Shown here one piece after another: positions 44,401-55,844 of a stretch of DNA of 64,000 nucleotides. Source of the stretch: Macrostomum lignano (Eukaryota); contig NIVC01000035.1 in assembly GCA_002269645.1 (NCBI GenBank), positions 310,001 through 374,000 on the forward strand, given 5' to 3'. The notes under the pieces were generated by a model. That model was not told the DNA's origin, made no database searches, and saw only the letters and a list, made by a program, of their open reading frames with translations. Position 1 is the first letter of the stretch, and the number at the start of each line of letters is the position of its first letter. Made by a program: the position numbers and the translations under genes.

Positions 44401-47400
44401 TTCCTCATACTCATATCACAGAATTTCCCCATACTCAGATCACAGAATTTCCCCATACTCGGATCCTAGAGTCCCCATACTCAGATCACAGAATTTCCTC
44501 ATACTCATATCACAGAATTTCCCCATACTCAGATCACAGAATTTCCCCATACTCAGATCACAGAATTTTCCCATACTCGGATCCTAGAGTCCCCATACTC
44601 AGATCACAGAATTTCCTCATACTCATATCACAGAATTTCCCCATACTCAGATCCCAGAATCTCCGATACTCAGACCCCAGAATCCCTCCATACTCAGATC
44701 CCAGAATCCCGATACTCAGACCCCAGAATCCCCATACTCAGATCCCAGAATTTCGATACTCAGACCCCAGAATCCCCATACTCAGATCCCAGAATCCCTC
44801 CATACTCAGACCCCAGAATCCCCATACTCAGATCCCAGAATTTCGATACTCAGACCCCAGAATCCCCATACTCAGATCCCAGAATCCCTCCATACTCAGA
44901 TCCCAGAATCCCCCATAGTCAGATCCAAGAGTTCTTCCACACTCAGATCTCAGAATCCCGTCAAACTTATAATTCTCCCAAACTCAGATAAAATAATCCC
45001 CAATCCCAAAAAGCAGAGCTGCTCACTGTCCCCATCGCCGCTCTCTTTGTCCCCTCTCCCGTGGCAGTCAGCAGAGACTTCTTGAGTGCCCGATAATTCG
45101 GCAGCAGCTTCTTGCGCCGAATCAGCGCTTCATCGGCTGCCCGATTGAACATTAGGTACTGCTCATCCTGGGGACTCGTCAGGTAGCGACTGACGAATTC
45201 GGAGAACATCTGCGAGCTGAACAGCCTGGGTAATGGAACAGTGAGGGATAATTTCCCACTGGGATAAATTTAACAGGGGATATTTTCCCTCTGGCGATAA
45301 ATCAGGTGAAGGATATATCCCCCCTGGGTGGTTTAAATCAGGTAACGGATATTTTACGTCTGGGATAAATCAGGTAGGGGATATTTTACGCCTGGGATAA
45401 ATCAGGTAGAGGATATTTTACGTCGGGGATAAATCAGGTAGATGATATTTTACGTCTGGGATAAATCAGGTAGAGGATATTTTACGTCTGGGATAAATCA
45501 GGTAGGGGATATTTTACGTCTGGGATAAATCAGGTAGAGGATATTTTACCTCTGGGGATAAATTAGGTAGGGGACAATCCCCCCTGGGGATAAATCAGGT
45601 AGAGGAAAATTTCCCTCTGGGATAAATTAGGTACTGGACAATTTCCCTAAGGAGGATAAATTTAATAGGGGATATTTTCCCTCTGGCGATAAATCAGGTG
45701 GAGGATATATTACCCTGGGTTTAAATCAGGTAGCGGATATTTTACCTCTGGGGATGAATCAGGTTGGGGACAGTTTCCCCCCTGGGGATAAATCAGGTTG
45801 GGGGCAATTTCCCCCTGGGGATAAATCAGGTTGGGGACAGTTTCCCCCCTGGGGATAAATCAGGTTGGGGACAGTTTCCCCCCTGGGGATAAATCAGGTT
45901 GGGGACAGTTTCCCCCCTGGGGATAAATCAGGTTGGGGACAGTTTCCCCCCTGGGGATAAATCAGGTGGGGGGCAATTTCCCCCTGGTGATAAATCAGGT
46001 GGGGGGCAATTTCCCCCTGGGGATAAATCAGGTTGGGGACAGTTCCCCCCCTGGGGATAAATCAGGTTGGGGACAATTTCCCCCCTGGGGATAAATCAGG
46101 TTGGGGACAGTTTCCCCCCTGGGGATAAATCAGGTTGGGGACAGTTCCCCCCTGGGGATAAATCAGGTTGGGGACAGTTTCCCCCCTGGGGATAAATCAG
46201 GTTGGGGACAGTTTCCCCCCTGGGGATAAATCAAATGCTAATGCAAATTCTAATTACCTTCGCAGAAAGCTGTGATAACTATCCGGACTAAGCTTCAGAT
46301 ACTGCTCATCATCGAACGGTTCACCTCTAATAGCCAGAGCCCTCAACGGTGCCAATAGCTCTGCATTGATGCGCAGAAAAGTCTGAGAGAAATGCGTATC
46401 AGCCACCGGAGCCTGTTGCTTGCTGCCAGCAGGCAGTTGCAATTGCTTTAAAGACTTTTTCGCCCGTTTAACCAGAGAAGTCGGCAGGCTGGGCTCGTCA
46501 GGTTCGCCATCGGTTTGGGCCATAAAAATATCGCCAGACTCGAAGTCAACTCGAATAAAATCGGGATCGGAGAAGTTCGCTTCAATCTGTTTCTCGTTGG
46601 CTAAGTAGAGAGGCTGGGCCAGACCGAAGATGTAGGGAACCAGACAGCCAATGTGGTCGATATTGGAGTCGGATAGAGTCGGTACCAGCAGGTGCTCCCA
46701 GGACATTGGGTAGAGCAGCGACACGAGCCCCATCACTGATAGACTCAATTGGCGAAGCCGCTTGCCAACGAACAATATCTTCTTTTCTATAAGCATCGCG
46801 GCCAGAATGAATACCAGGGTGTCTGCACAGCTCACCTGGATTGAGAGTTCAAGATGGGCAAGTGAGATTAAGGTGGGGTAATACACGAGGTTTAGGATCA
46901 GATTTTAACAACTAAATAAGGAAGCGATGGTTTGAAGTTCAACAGAATAAGAGTGGAGAGAAGTTCAATGGAGGCAGAGAGGCCCAGAGGAGGGAGAGAG
47001 TCAGAGGAGGGAGGATCAGAGGGAGGATTAGAGGAGGAAGGATCAGAGGGAGGATCAGAGGAGGGGAGGATCAGAGGAGGAGAGGATCAGAGGAGGGAGG
47101 ATCAGAGGAGGGAGGATCAGAGGAGGGAGGATCAGAGGATCAGAGGAGGGAGGATCAGAGGGAGGATTAGAGGAGGGAGGATCAGAGGGAGGATCAGAGG
47201 AGGGAGAGGGTCAGAGGAGGGAGAGGGTCAGAGGAGGGAGAGAGGGTCAGAGGAGGGAGAGGGTCAGAGGAGGGAGAGAGGGTCAGAGGAGGGAGAGGGT
47301 TAGATCTTTACCATAGATGCATAGAAGACACAATTTAATTAAAACTAAAGTAGTTAGTTCAAAACATTCCAAGCACTTGTGTTCTGCTGTGTAGTTAAAC

Positions 47401-48944
47401 ATAGCCCACAGAACAGAGTCGTAGCTTTACTATCTCAAGCAGTCAGTCTTATTAGCACATTGTCAGTGGTGACTTGATGCGGAGAGTGCATAGATTAAGC
47501 CGTTATTCCAAAGATTGCATTTGTTGACACAGAGATTTATGATACGGTATATCTACATGTACAGAACTAGGAGTTTGAACCAAGAAGTTATTTGAACTAA
47601 CTCTTAATATAGTTATTGTGATTACGACGTAGTAAGTTAGGCAAACATCACGGTTTACAAAGCAGAAATGTTAAATGTATTAAATGCGCTAAAAGATAAC
47701 TGCGACAGAAAGAGAGAAATTAAACCTTATTTCGATGGTAAAAAGTCGACATTCTAGATTAAACCAGCACAAAACTACGTAATTAGAGATAAAAACTGAT
47801 GTGCCTGCCTCACCCACTGCTTCTGGTTAATTTACCGGGTAGCTAAACCAATGATTACCCATTGCCTTACAGGTTGGCTAAACCCTGATTACCCGTTGCC
47901 TTACCGGTTGGCTAAACCCCTGATTACCGGGTAGCTAAACCCTGATTACCCGTTGCCTTACCGGTTGGCTAAACCTCTGATTACCCGTTGCCTTACCGGT
48001 TGGCTAAACCTCTGATTACCCGTTGCCTTACCGGTTGGCTAAACCCCTGATTACCGGGTAGCTAAACCCTGATTACCCGTTGCCTTACCGGTTGGCTAAA
48101 CCCTGATTACCCGTTGCCTTACCGGTTGGCTAAACCCCTGATTACCGGGTAGCTAAACCCTGATTACCCGTTGCCTTACCGGTTGGCTAAACCCTGATTA
48201 CCCGTTGCCTTACCGGTTGGCTAAACCCCTGATTACCGGGTAGATAAAACCCTGATTACTGGTTGCTTTACCGGGTAGCTAGCTTTCAGCTCGGGGTTGC
48301 TATCCGGATTCCTAGAAAACAACTCAATCTCCGTATCCTTTCCAGAGTCCACCAACCTTATTGAACAGCTCCATCAGCGGACTGCACTGAGTCAGGCCGG
48401 GCAGTTGATTGTCTGGAGGCGCAGTACGTCGCAGCACGAAGTGTTGAAAGCTGACCCCAGCCAGGTCAGTCAGGGTGGCTGAAGGCCGCAGTTTATCGCA
48501 GGCAGCCAGTTTGGTCAGGGCACCCTTAACCATAGACAGATTCCTACTAGATTTGTGCACCAACAGGTGAGACAGACACTGCAACAGTTCCGGAAACACT
48601 TCGAACAGAGGATGATGCGACACAATGGCTAAACAGCGCAGACCATTAGCATTATCCTCGTCCCGATAATATTTCACAAATAGGAATGTGAACACGGAAT
48701 TGATGTCAGTGAATACGCTGCACAGAGAGTCGGAGAGGTGATCGAATTCATACCAACTGGGCATGGCGTACTCCACTATGCGCTTCTCCCACTCTTCAAG
48801 CACATTTAAACTGACGTCAAGTGGGCAGTAGCGAAACTCTGACACGGGATCAGCTCCCGGGCTGTTGCGATGCAGCTCGTAGAAGAATTCAAATAGGCGC
48901 GCCTGACCGCCAGACTTTAATCGGCTGCGCATGCCGAACTTCAT
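41489..48944 (-). CDS. DENN-domain protein (DENND1/connecdenn-like Rab GEF), ~709 aa; join(48944-48357,46835-46258,45225-45027,42893-42654,42013-41489)
   Basis: uDENN (RLFEFFYEL), cDENN (ILAAMLIEKKILF..LLYPMSWEHLLVPTL..PYIFGL) and dDENN (FLRRLFSSQMFSEFV); all junctions GT-AG and in phase (2130 nt); Pro-rich C-terminus. Subfamily is inferred. Confidence 0.88.
42095..42605. repeat. ~27-bp minisatellite (AACTTTGATTTTGGCGCCGCCATCTCT)
   Basis: Direct reading; DENN intron 4. Confidence 0.95.
42980..44960. repeat. 21-24-bp minisatellite (CCCATACTCAGATCCCAGAAT) with higher-order blocks
   Basis: Direct reading; fills DENN intron 3. Confidence 0.96.
45250..46235. repeat. ~34-bp minisatellite (CTGGGGATAAATCAGGTTGGGGACAGTTTCCCCC)
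   Basis: Direct reading; fills DENN intron 2; divergence increases toward 45250. Confidence 0.95.
46975..47302. repeat. GA-rich array (GAGGGAGGATCAGAG)
   Basis: Direct reading. Confidence 0.9.
47835..48275. repeat. ~34-bp plus ~21-bp interleaved minisatellite (TAAACCCTGATTACCCGTTGCCTTACCGGTTGGC)
   Basis: Direct reading; DENN intron 1. Confidence 0.93.
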
Positions 48945-51777
48945 GACTGGCTGTTGGTATTGTATTCAGAATACAATTTTTCTCTTTACAATGTTATCTA
49001 TTGGACATACTCATTTTCATCTTAAAGCAACAATAATTTCTGCAGGATAATTGTGTGCCAGTCATTATGCCAGGTGCTGACTGAGAGGGGCCATGTTTCC
49101 TAGAAAAATCCTGTTCATGGCACTAAACTACAACAATCATATATCATAACATAGCTGCACATTATTTCTTTAAGTTGTATTTCCTATTAATTGGACAAAG
49201 AAATAACAAGAAACTATTGTTATTTCTTTTTCTGCATTGTAAGTTGCTGGATTTTGCTAGCTTCCAAGCCTTTTATGATAGGAACCTTAAAGTCCCTAGG
49301 GTTGAGGATTCAAGCAATAGAGATTTTTATGCCATATGCACATTGTATAATTTGGAGATAATCACCATATACTAAATCTCTAATATGGACTAAAGTTAAG
49401 ATGAATGCAATCATAGCAATTATTCCAAACATTTTACAAAAAACATTCAATGAATAAGTTAAATAATTGCTATTATTCTTTACTCCCTGATTATTTTAAT
49501 GTTAATTATAAAGTAAGTATTGGCAATGTTGGATTTAATATCATTAAATATTAAGGTAAATTACAGGAAAACAGTTTGCTATAGATATAAATAAAGATAT
49601 ATTTAGATTAAGTTATTAACAAGCTCAATGTTAAATAAGCATTCTTCTTTCGTGGTACACTTTAACAATTAAAAATATTAGCATTAATAGATTAATTAGT
49701 ATAAATTGGCCGACTAGATGCTAATTAGACAATTAGACCTAATCTAAATTCTTGATTATCTCTAGAGTGCAAATCTTGAGTTTCAAAAATCTCATATGAT
49801 ATTATCTAAACTTTAGCTATGGCATAATTTTAGCACCATTAGTATTTATAAAATATCATACTATAGTATACCATTAGTATCTTATATCTAAAGCTAGGTG
49901 AACCAATTGGGCTTAATGTGTATCTCCTCCTAGATGGCTAGCAACTCAAATGCAGGACTTATATAAATCAATGTAGAATTTTCCTATACAACAAATAGGC
50001 TATTTTAATATTGAAAATTAAAGTGACATCTGTCAAAAATATTAGTATAAATATAGAGCTAATATAGTATTAAGGCTATTAATATAGCATTAACCCTTTC
50101 ACACTAGAGCTAGAAATACAAAAGCTCCATTCTTGCTAGCATGGTCAGCTGGGCTAACCATAGACCATAGGTAGAATCTTTTTGTGCCCTTGTGCAAAGC
50201 CTTTCTAGCTTAGAAGGGAGCATTTTGAACTCAGCTTAGACAAATATAGGGATGAAAAAAGTAGTTTCAAAGTGCATTTTAATTTTTTTTAAATAGATTA
50301 CACAGTGTATATACTCAATATTTAGCTATAGAGTATAGACACTATCTATGGTTCACTTTAAAATCTGCAAGCATGCCTTTTTGAAAGAGAAAGCACTATA
50401 CCTACTTAAAAAGTACTCAATTAAAGTAGTGCATCATTTTATTGAAAATTAAATCAGCTATAACCATGGACATTTTGTATACATTTGATTCTGAGACTGA
50501 TGACATCATCACAGAGAATGCTGAAACCAAGTTGGTATATTCCATTGCAAATAACTAGGACTTTTTTTCACCCATTTTTGTATGATCAGCACTGCTGACC
50601 ATACTCAGCAAGAATAGCTACTATGTTGCAGATAACTTTTCTTTTATCATAGACTCCATAAAATTACCAGCAGTAAAGACTGTTGGTCTATGGTCAGCTC
50701 TACTTATTAATAATACACTATTATAGATTAGGAAAAATGGATGCCAAACCACTTTTGCTTGGTGATAGCTTTTTCTAAATAAAGAATTGATAAGTGTAAA
50801 AAGAAATATTTGCCTATTCTTTATTTTATAACTAATAGTAATACAACCTTATTCTTATGTATTCTATAGATTTTAAAGGTGGTTACAAAGGTGTAAAGTA
50901 CAGAAATTCTATTTTAGTCATAAACATGAATATACTCAATAATATATAGAATAGTAGCTATAGGTAACATGATCTATTCTAGACCTAAAATATAGGCAAA
51001 AATGGAGATAGCAATCTCAGCAAGCTAAAAAAATGATCTTTTTAAATTCAATACATGTATATGTTTATAGATATAGAGATATTTAGATTACAAATCTGAT
51101 TTCATAATCAGAAAATAGGCCTATAAGTCAAGTCCATTTCTATAATCAAGAATTAGAGAAGGCCTATATTATTATTCTTCTTAATTGTCATCTAGGGTAT
51201 TTTAAAGGCTGCCAAAAGATTATCATTGATTCTAAATAAGTCAGCAGTATAAAAGTATATTTATACTACTACTAGCCTATATGGTATATTGCTATAAAAT
51301 ACAGCAGAGTATTATACTATTAAAGCAACAAGAAAAAGCCACACAAACTAAAAGTTGGCTAAAGTTTTCTACTCATTCAAGTCCTTGTGATTTACCTATT
51401 GGCGAAAATTATCTCTATATTTCCCTATAAATAGTAGGCCTAAGAGTTATTATTTGAAAATTGGTCTCTAAAAGTTTTTCTATATTATATAAAAGTTTTA
51501 CTATTTTTTTCTATTTCTACAAACCTTCAATGGTAATGGCTTTAAGCTCGATTCTTCAACATATTCAGAGAACTAAAAATGATTTTAACCAAAAAGAAAG
51601 AAATTTTACTAGGCCTAAAGCATATTATTTATTTGCTTTGGTTGTTGAACTCTAGGGGGGCTATCGAATAAACCCAATTTCAATACTGGATCAGATCATG
51701 CCAATCACTGAAGTACAAACTTCAAACCACTTAAAAGAATCCATAATCACAAGGTTAAAAGAAAATAGGCAATAGTG

Positions 51778-52357
51778 AATAGTGCAGTTTCGTTCGCGAA
51801 ATTATTTTTCGTTTAAATTTGAAAGTTCGAAACCAGAAAACAATAACAACGATAAAAATTGATGTTTTAAACCATTCTAACGATTGTGGCAGGGACCATG
51901 GCAGCCATCAGGTCGCGCGCATTTAGCTCTAGTTGCGGTAGAGCATTCGCTGGCAGCACTTCATTCGGCGGAATTATCCACGAGGGTCTTGGTGGTCGTC
52001 CAGCCATGATACAATATGTTGTCCAAAAGAAAAAGCAGATATTAGCAGCTTCTCAGTTAAAGGGAAACAGTTCAAGCCCCCCCCCCACTTGAGCCCCTTT
52101 CGATTTTTTAAACTATTTTTTCCATAGACAAATTGCATTTCAAGTAGCATTCGAGCGTGGCACAGATTTAATGAAAAAAGTATATTAATAGAGCGCCCAA
52201 TTTGCTTTAAAGTTCCGTGACCAGTGAGCTCTGGCACAGTCGCTAGAATGGTTTAAAACATTGTTGTTATTAGTAGTAGTAGTAGTAGTTATTGTTTTCT
52301 GGTTTCGAACTTTCAAATTTAAACGAAAAATAATTTCGCGAACGAAACTGCACTATT
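51778..52357. repeat. Long inverted repeat / MITE-like element
   Basis: 51778-51847 is the exact reverse complement of 52288-52357 (70 bp); degenerate pairing continues inward (ATGTTTTAAACCATTCTA.CGA.TGTG.CAG). Confidence 0.85.
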
Positions 52358-55349
52358 GCTTATTCTTATTTATCTTATATCTTGGAAAATTCTTTTAAAA
52401 AAAATAACTACTGTTATTTAAAGCAAAACATTTTTATAATTTTATTTACTTTTCTTTGTCTGAATTTGTCCTGTTTAGTAAATGTGGTAATTAAAAACAA
52501 AGTTTGCAATTTTTTTATATTATTACATTTAGAGTTTTAGATTTGCCTTGTCTGCACTTCTTTAATTGGTGGATAATTGAGCCAAGGCTTTGGATATGTT
52601 GCAGGCTTTCTTATGAATATATACTACTTCATTATTTATACCATATTGCAAAACTCGTACTAATCGTAATTAAATAACTAGTGCTAAAATATTGTCTCCT
52701 GAAATATTCTCCTGTCTCCTGTCTCCTGAAATATTCCTGAAGTAATCTTAAATACACAAATATATTGGCCAAACACTGGCAAACAGGCTTCTTGCCTGAG
52801 CCAACTTACTACTTACTACTACTACTACTACAACTAGATACCAGAATCAGTTTAGATCTTCTAAGAATAAAACAGTATCAATTTTTTAACTCTGTTAAAT
52901 GTTTGCCTACTTTAGCAGCCTCACTTTATGCAATTTTTCACTTTCTTCTTGGCTAGGCTAGGCTAAATTATATTATAATTGTAATAGGCTTATTGGCATA
53001 CACATATTTATGTTTTTTATTAGGGAAGATGCCACATTGGGGGGGGGGATACATTCAAATGGACCACCATTATTCCACAGACCTCTATGACCTCTCCTTC
53101 TCCCATTTAATTGGAAGGGCCATGACTCCCCTCCTATGTATGCAACTCCTTGTAAGATGCTCAATGCACTGTACCTGTAGGTCATGCTTAGTACACATCT
53201 ATAGATTTGAGAATTTATTCCAATAGTATATCATAGAAAAACTTTTGAAATATTCATTTATTCATTTCAATTTCATTTGGATAACAATATACTGTTTTCT
53301 TTTTCACAAAATTAACTTTAAAAAACTGACTGTGACACTAAAAAAATAAGTGCTTCAGTATTTTTTTGAATTGAATAGAAAAACAGTAAGTTATGTATGT
53401 TTATAATGTCATTATAAAATATAAAACTTTATTTTTTATCCTTAGCCAATAGTTTGTTTTTATGTCTATATATTAATTTTGTATTGTTTGTCTGCCAATT
53501 AGTCAGTCAGTCTGTCAGTCATTGATTTAAAAAAAAAACCATCTAGCCTATTTTTTTCAAGTAAGCTTTAAACAAACTATAACTTTTTGGCAATCATGCA
53601 TAACTTTTAAAAGAAAAATTTGAAAGGGAAAGCAGTCAATCAAATATTTGAAAAAAAAACATTTTAATGCCTTTAATGGGTGCTCTGTTTTTAAATTTAA
53701 TTATTTTTTAACCATTTAGGCCTTTTCTTGGCCAATATACAGTGTACAATGTACAATCACAATTAGACTAAAGGAGTTTAATAACCTTTCACATAGTGGG
53801 CTCACAAATGGTAGGGTTGGATAAATTTTATTATCATTTACCAACTAGTCTAATAGACAATTGATGAAAGATTGTATGCATAGGTAAGGCTTAAAAAGCT
53901 TGCCTGAAATTTATCAACCCCCTAAACTGCTCTGATCTTATTTGTCTTATTTTATGAATACAATATTGTGTGGCACAGTTGTAGATAGGGGCAGTAGCTT
54001 ATGGGCCCAATTAATTCATACCAATTGTTAGTGGGTCAAATATTAAAAAACAAAGCTTTCAATGCTTAATGTTTGAACTTTTAATTTGAATACCCACTAT
54101 TAAGGGCTTAGTGTCATAGTATGCTTACATACTTAGCAATAGAAGATTCTGTCTGTGGTTGCCCCTTTTGAAAATGCAAAAAGACATTGAAAGTCTTTCA
54201 TCTTTGCAAGTGACACAATTTAGCTATGTTGTGGCAAGCTTGAGTTGAGGAATAGAGTATAGAGATGCAGTATAAAGGGTTTTGTTAGATAGATTCTTAT
54301 ATCTTTTACTTCAGAATTACTCACTAGTGTATAGAGTGGCAATTTTGAATTTGAATCCCCTATGGGGGCTTAATGTACTAGTGTAAACAAAATATGTATT
54401 TAAATTTTGACAACACTTTCATTTTTCTTAGTTTTTTTAATAGGTTAGCTTTGTTGCATTTAGAAAACAATTTTTGGGCAAAAATAATTATAGTCCTTAA
54501 TAGGCAAGATGCATAAGCAAGATTATTTGAATGATTTTCAAAAGTAAGAGTTGCTTTTTATCTACACATATAATATTTATCTAATAAAAATATTTGAAAT
54601 AACTTTAAAAAATCTTACTAAAGTCCTTATTATAATAATCATTTTTGCCCAAAACTAAAGTTTTTTTGTAAATATTTTGGTATAATGAACAATTTTTTAA
54701 TTTTTTAATCAATATTTTGTATTAGGTATACTTAATTTTGTGACTTAGTTTTGTCCAGATTTGCAACTTAGTTCCTCCTAATTGCAACTTTGGTTCCTAC
54801 CAGTTTGGACTGATTGGACAGGTGTTGGGCATATATGATTATATTGTATATATTGTATTTGACTTCTATTTTATAATGACCTCTTATACTAAAAATTATT
54901 CTTTTCAATTCTGTTTGTTGCAATTTTTTTAAGATATAAAATTGTTTGTTATTTTTTATTAAATTTCCTGAATTACCTAGGTGATTGTTGAAAAATTAGT
55001 TATATGCAAATAATTGTATATGAAAGTAAAAACTAAGCTCACAATAAAGCGTAAGGTATAGTATTTATATTTGTCTTTATGACTACTGTTAAAGTAGACA
55101 TCATTCAGAATAATGCTAGATAAGAATGTAACAAAGGTGGAAAACTATAAATTAAATATACTTTTACTTTTTGTCTAAGACACTAGTGACCAAATCTTCT
55201 GAAATGAAGTGAAAAATCAAAATTTTTATTTTTAACAAAGATTAAGTATTTATGCACCTCTTCTTTTTTATCATGACACATTTTTAACAGTAAATATTAA
55301 CTTTATACACCATTATTTTATGATATATAGTGTATTTTATATTGTTAAA

Positions 55350-55620
55350 GGGCATTGTAGCCTAGTGGTTAGAGCGTTAGACTCATGACTTGAAAGTCAG
55401 GGGTTCAATTCCCAATCCCATTGTAACAATTTGTGCCCTTCAGCAAGACAACTCTGCATTGCTTCAGTTCACCCAGCTGTGAAATGGGTGTCATCAGTAG
55501 TGTATTTGAGGGTGTGTGTGTTGACACCCCAGTTCTTGGACTGATAGCTGAGCTGTCAGTTACACATCTGCCCACCCATTCTGGCAGGTGTAATCAATTG
55601 TGATTATGATTATTTTATAT
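55350..55620 (+). mobile_element. tRNA(Met-like)-derived SINE, copy 2
   Basis: GTAGCCTAGTGGTTAGAGCG..CTCATGA..GGTTCAATTCCC head with imperfect stems, then a CORE/Meta-like domain TGTGCCCTTCAGCAAGAC..CACCCAGCTGTGAAATGGG; matches the copy at 14182. Confidence 0.75.
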
Positions 55621-55844
55621 TTTTTAACTAACTGACAAAACACAAAGAATCCAGTTGGGGATCCTAATCCCATAATACTGAAATCTGCACATGGAACCTC
55701 GAATCAGTTAATAATAATGCTTGCTTTAGAGTTGATGTATATATATATATATAATTATTATGTAGCGTGGAGAGGATCAACATATTTAGGACTGAAATTT
55801 AGTTAAAAATAATTTCAGCCCATACTCAGCCGCAGCTGCACCAG

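Noticed and set aside
35832-48944. DENN, DUF5522 and BicC-like genes as one polycistronic operon
   Set aside because: DUF5522 and BicC-like each have a CCAAT/GC-rich promoter-like island upstream; only the BicC-like to C2H2-like junction was kept as a candidate
55350-55425. Possible tRNA-Met gene (and tRNA-like 14182-14250)
   Set aside because: Acceptor and anticodon stems are mismatched, there is no oligo-T terminator, and both run into a shared SINE body
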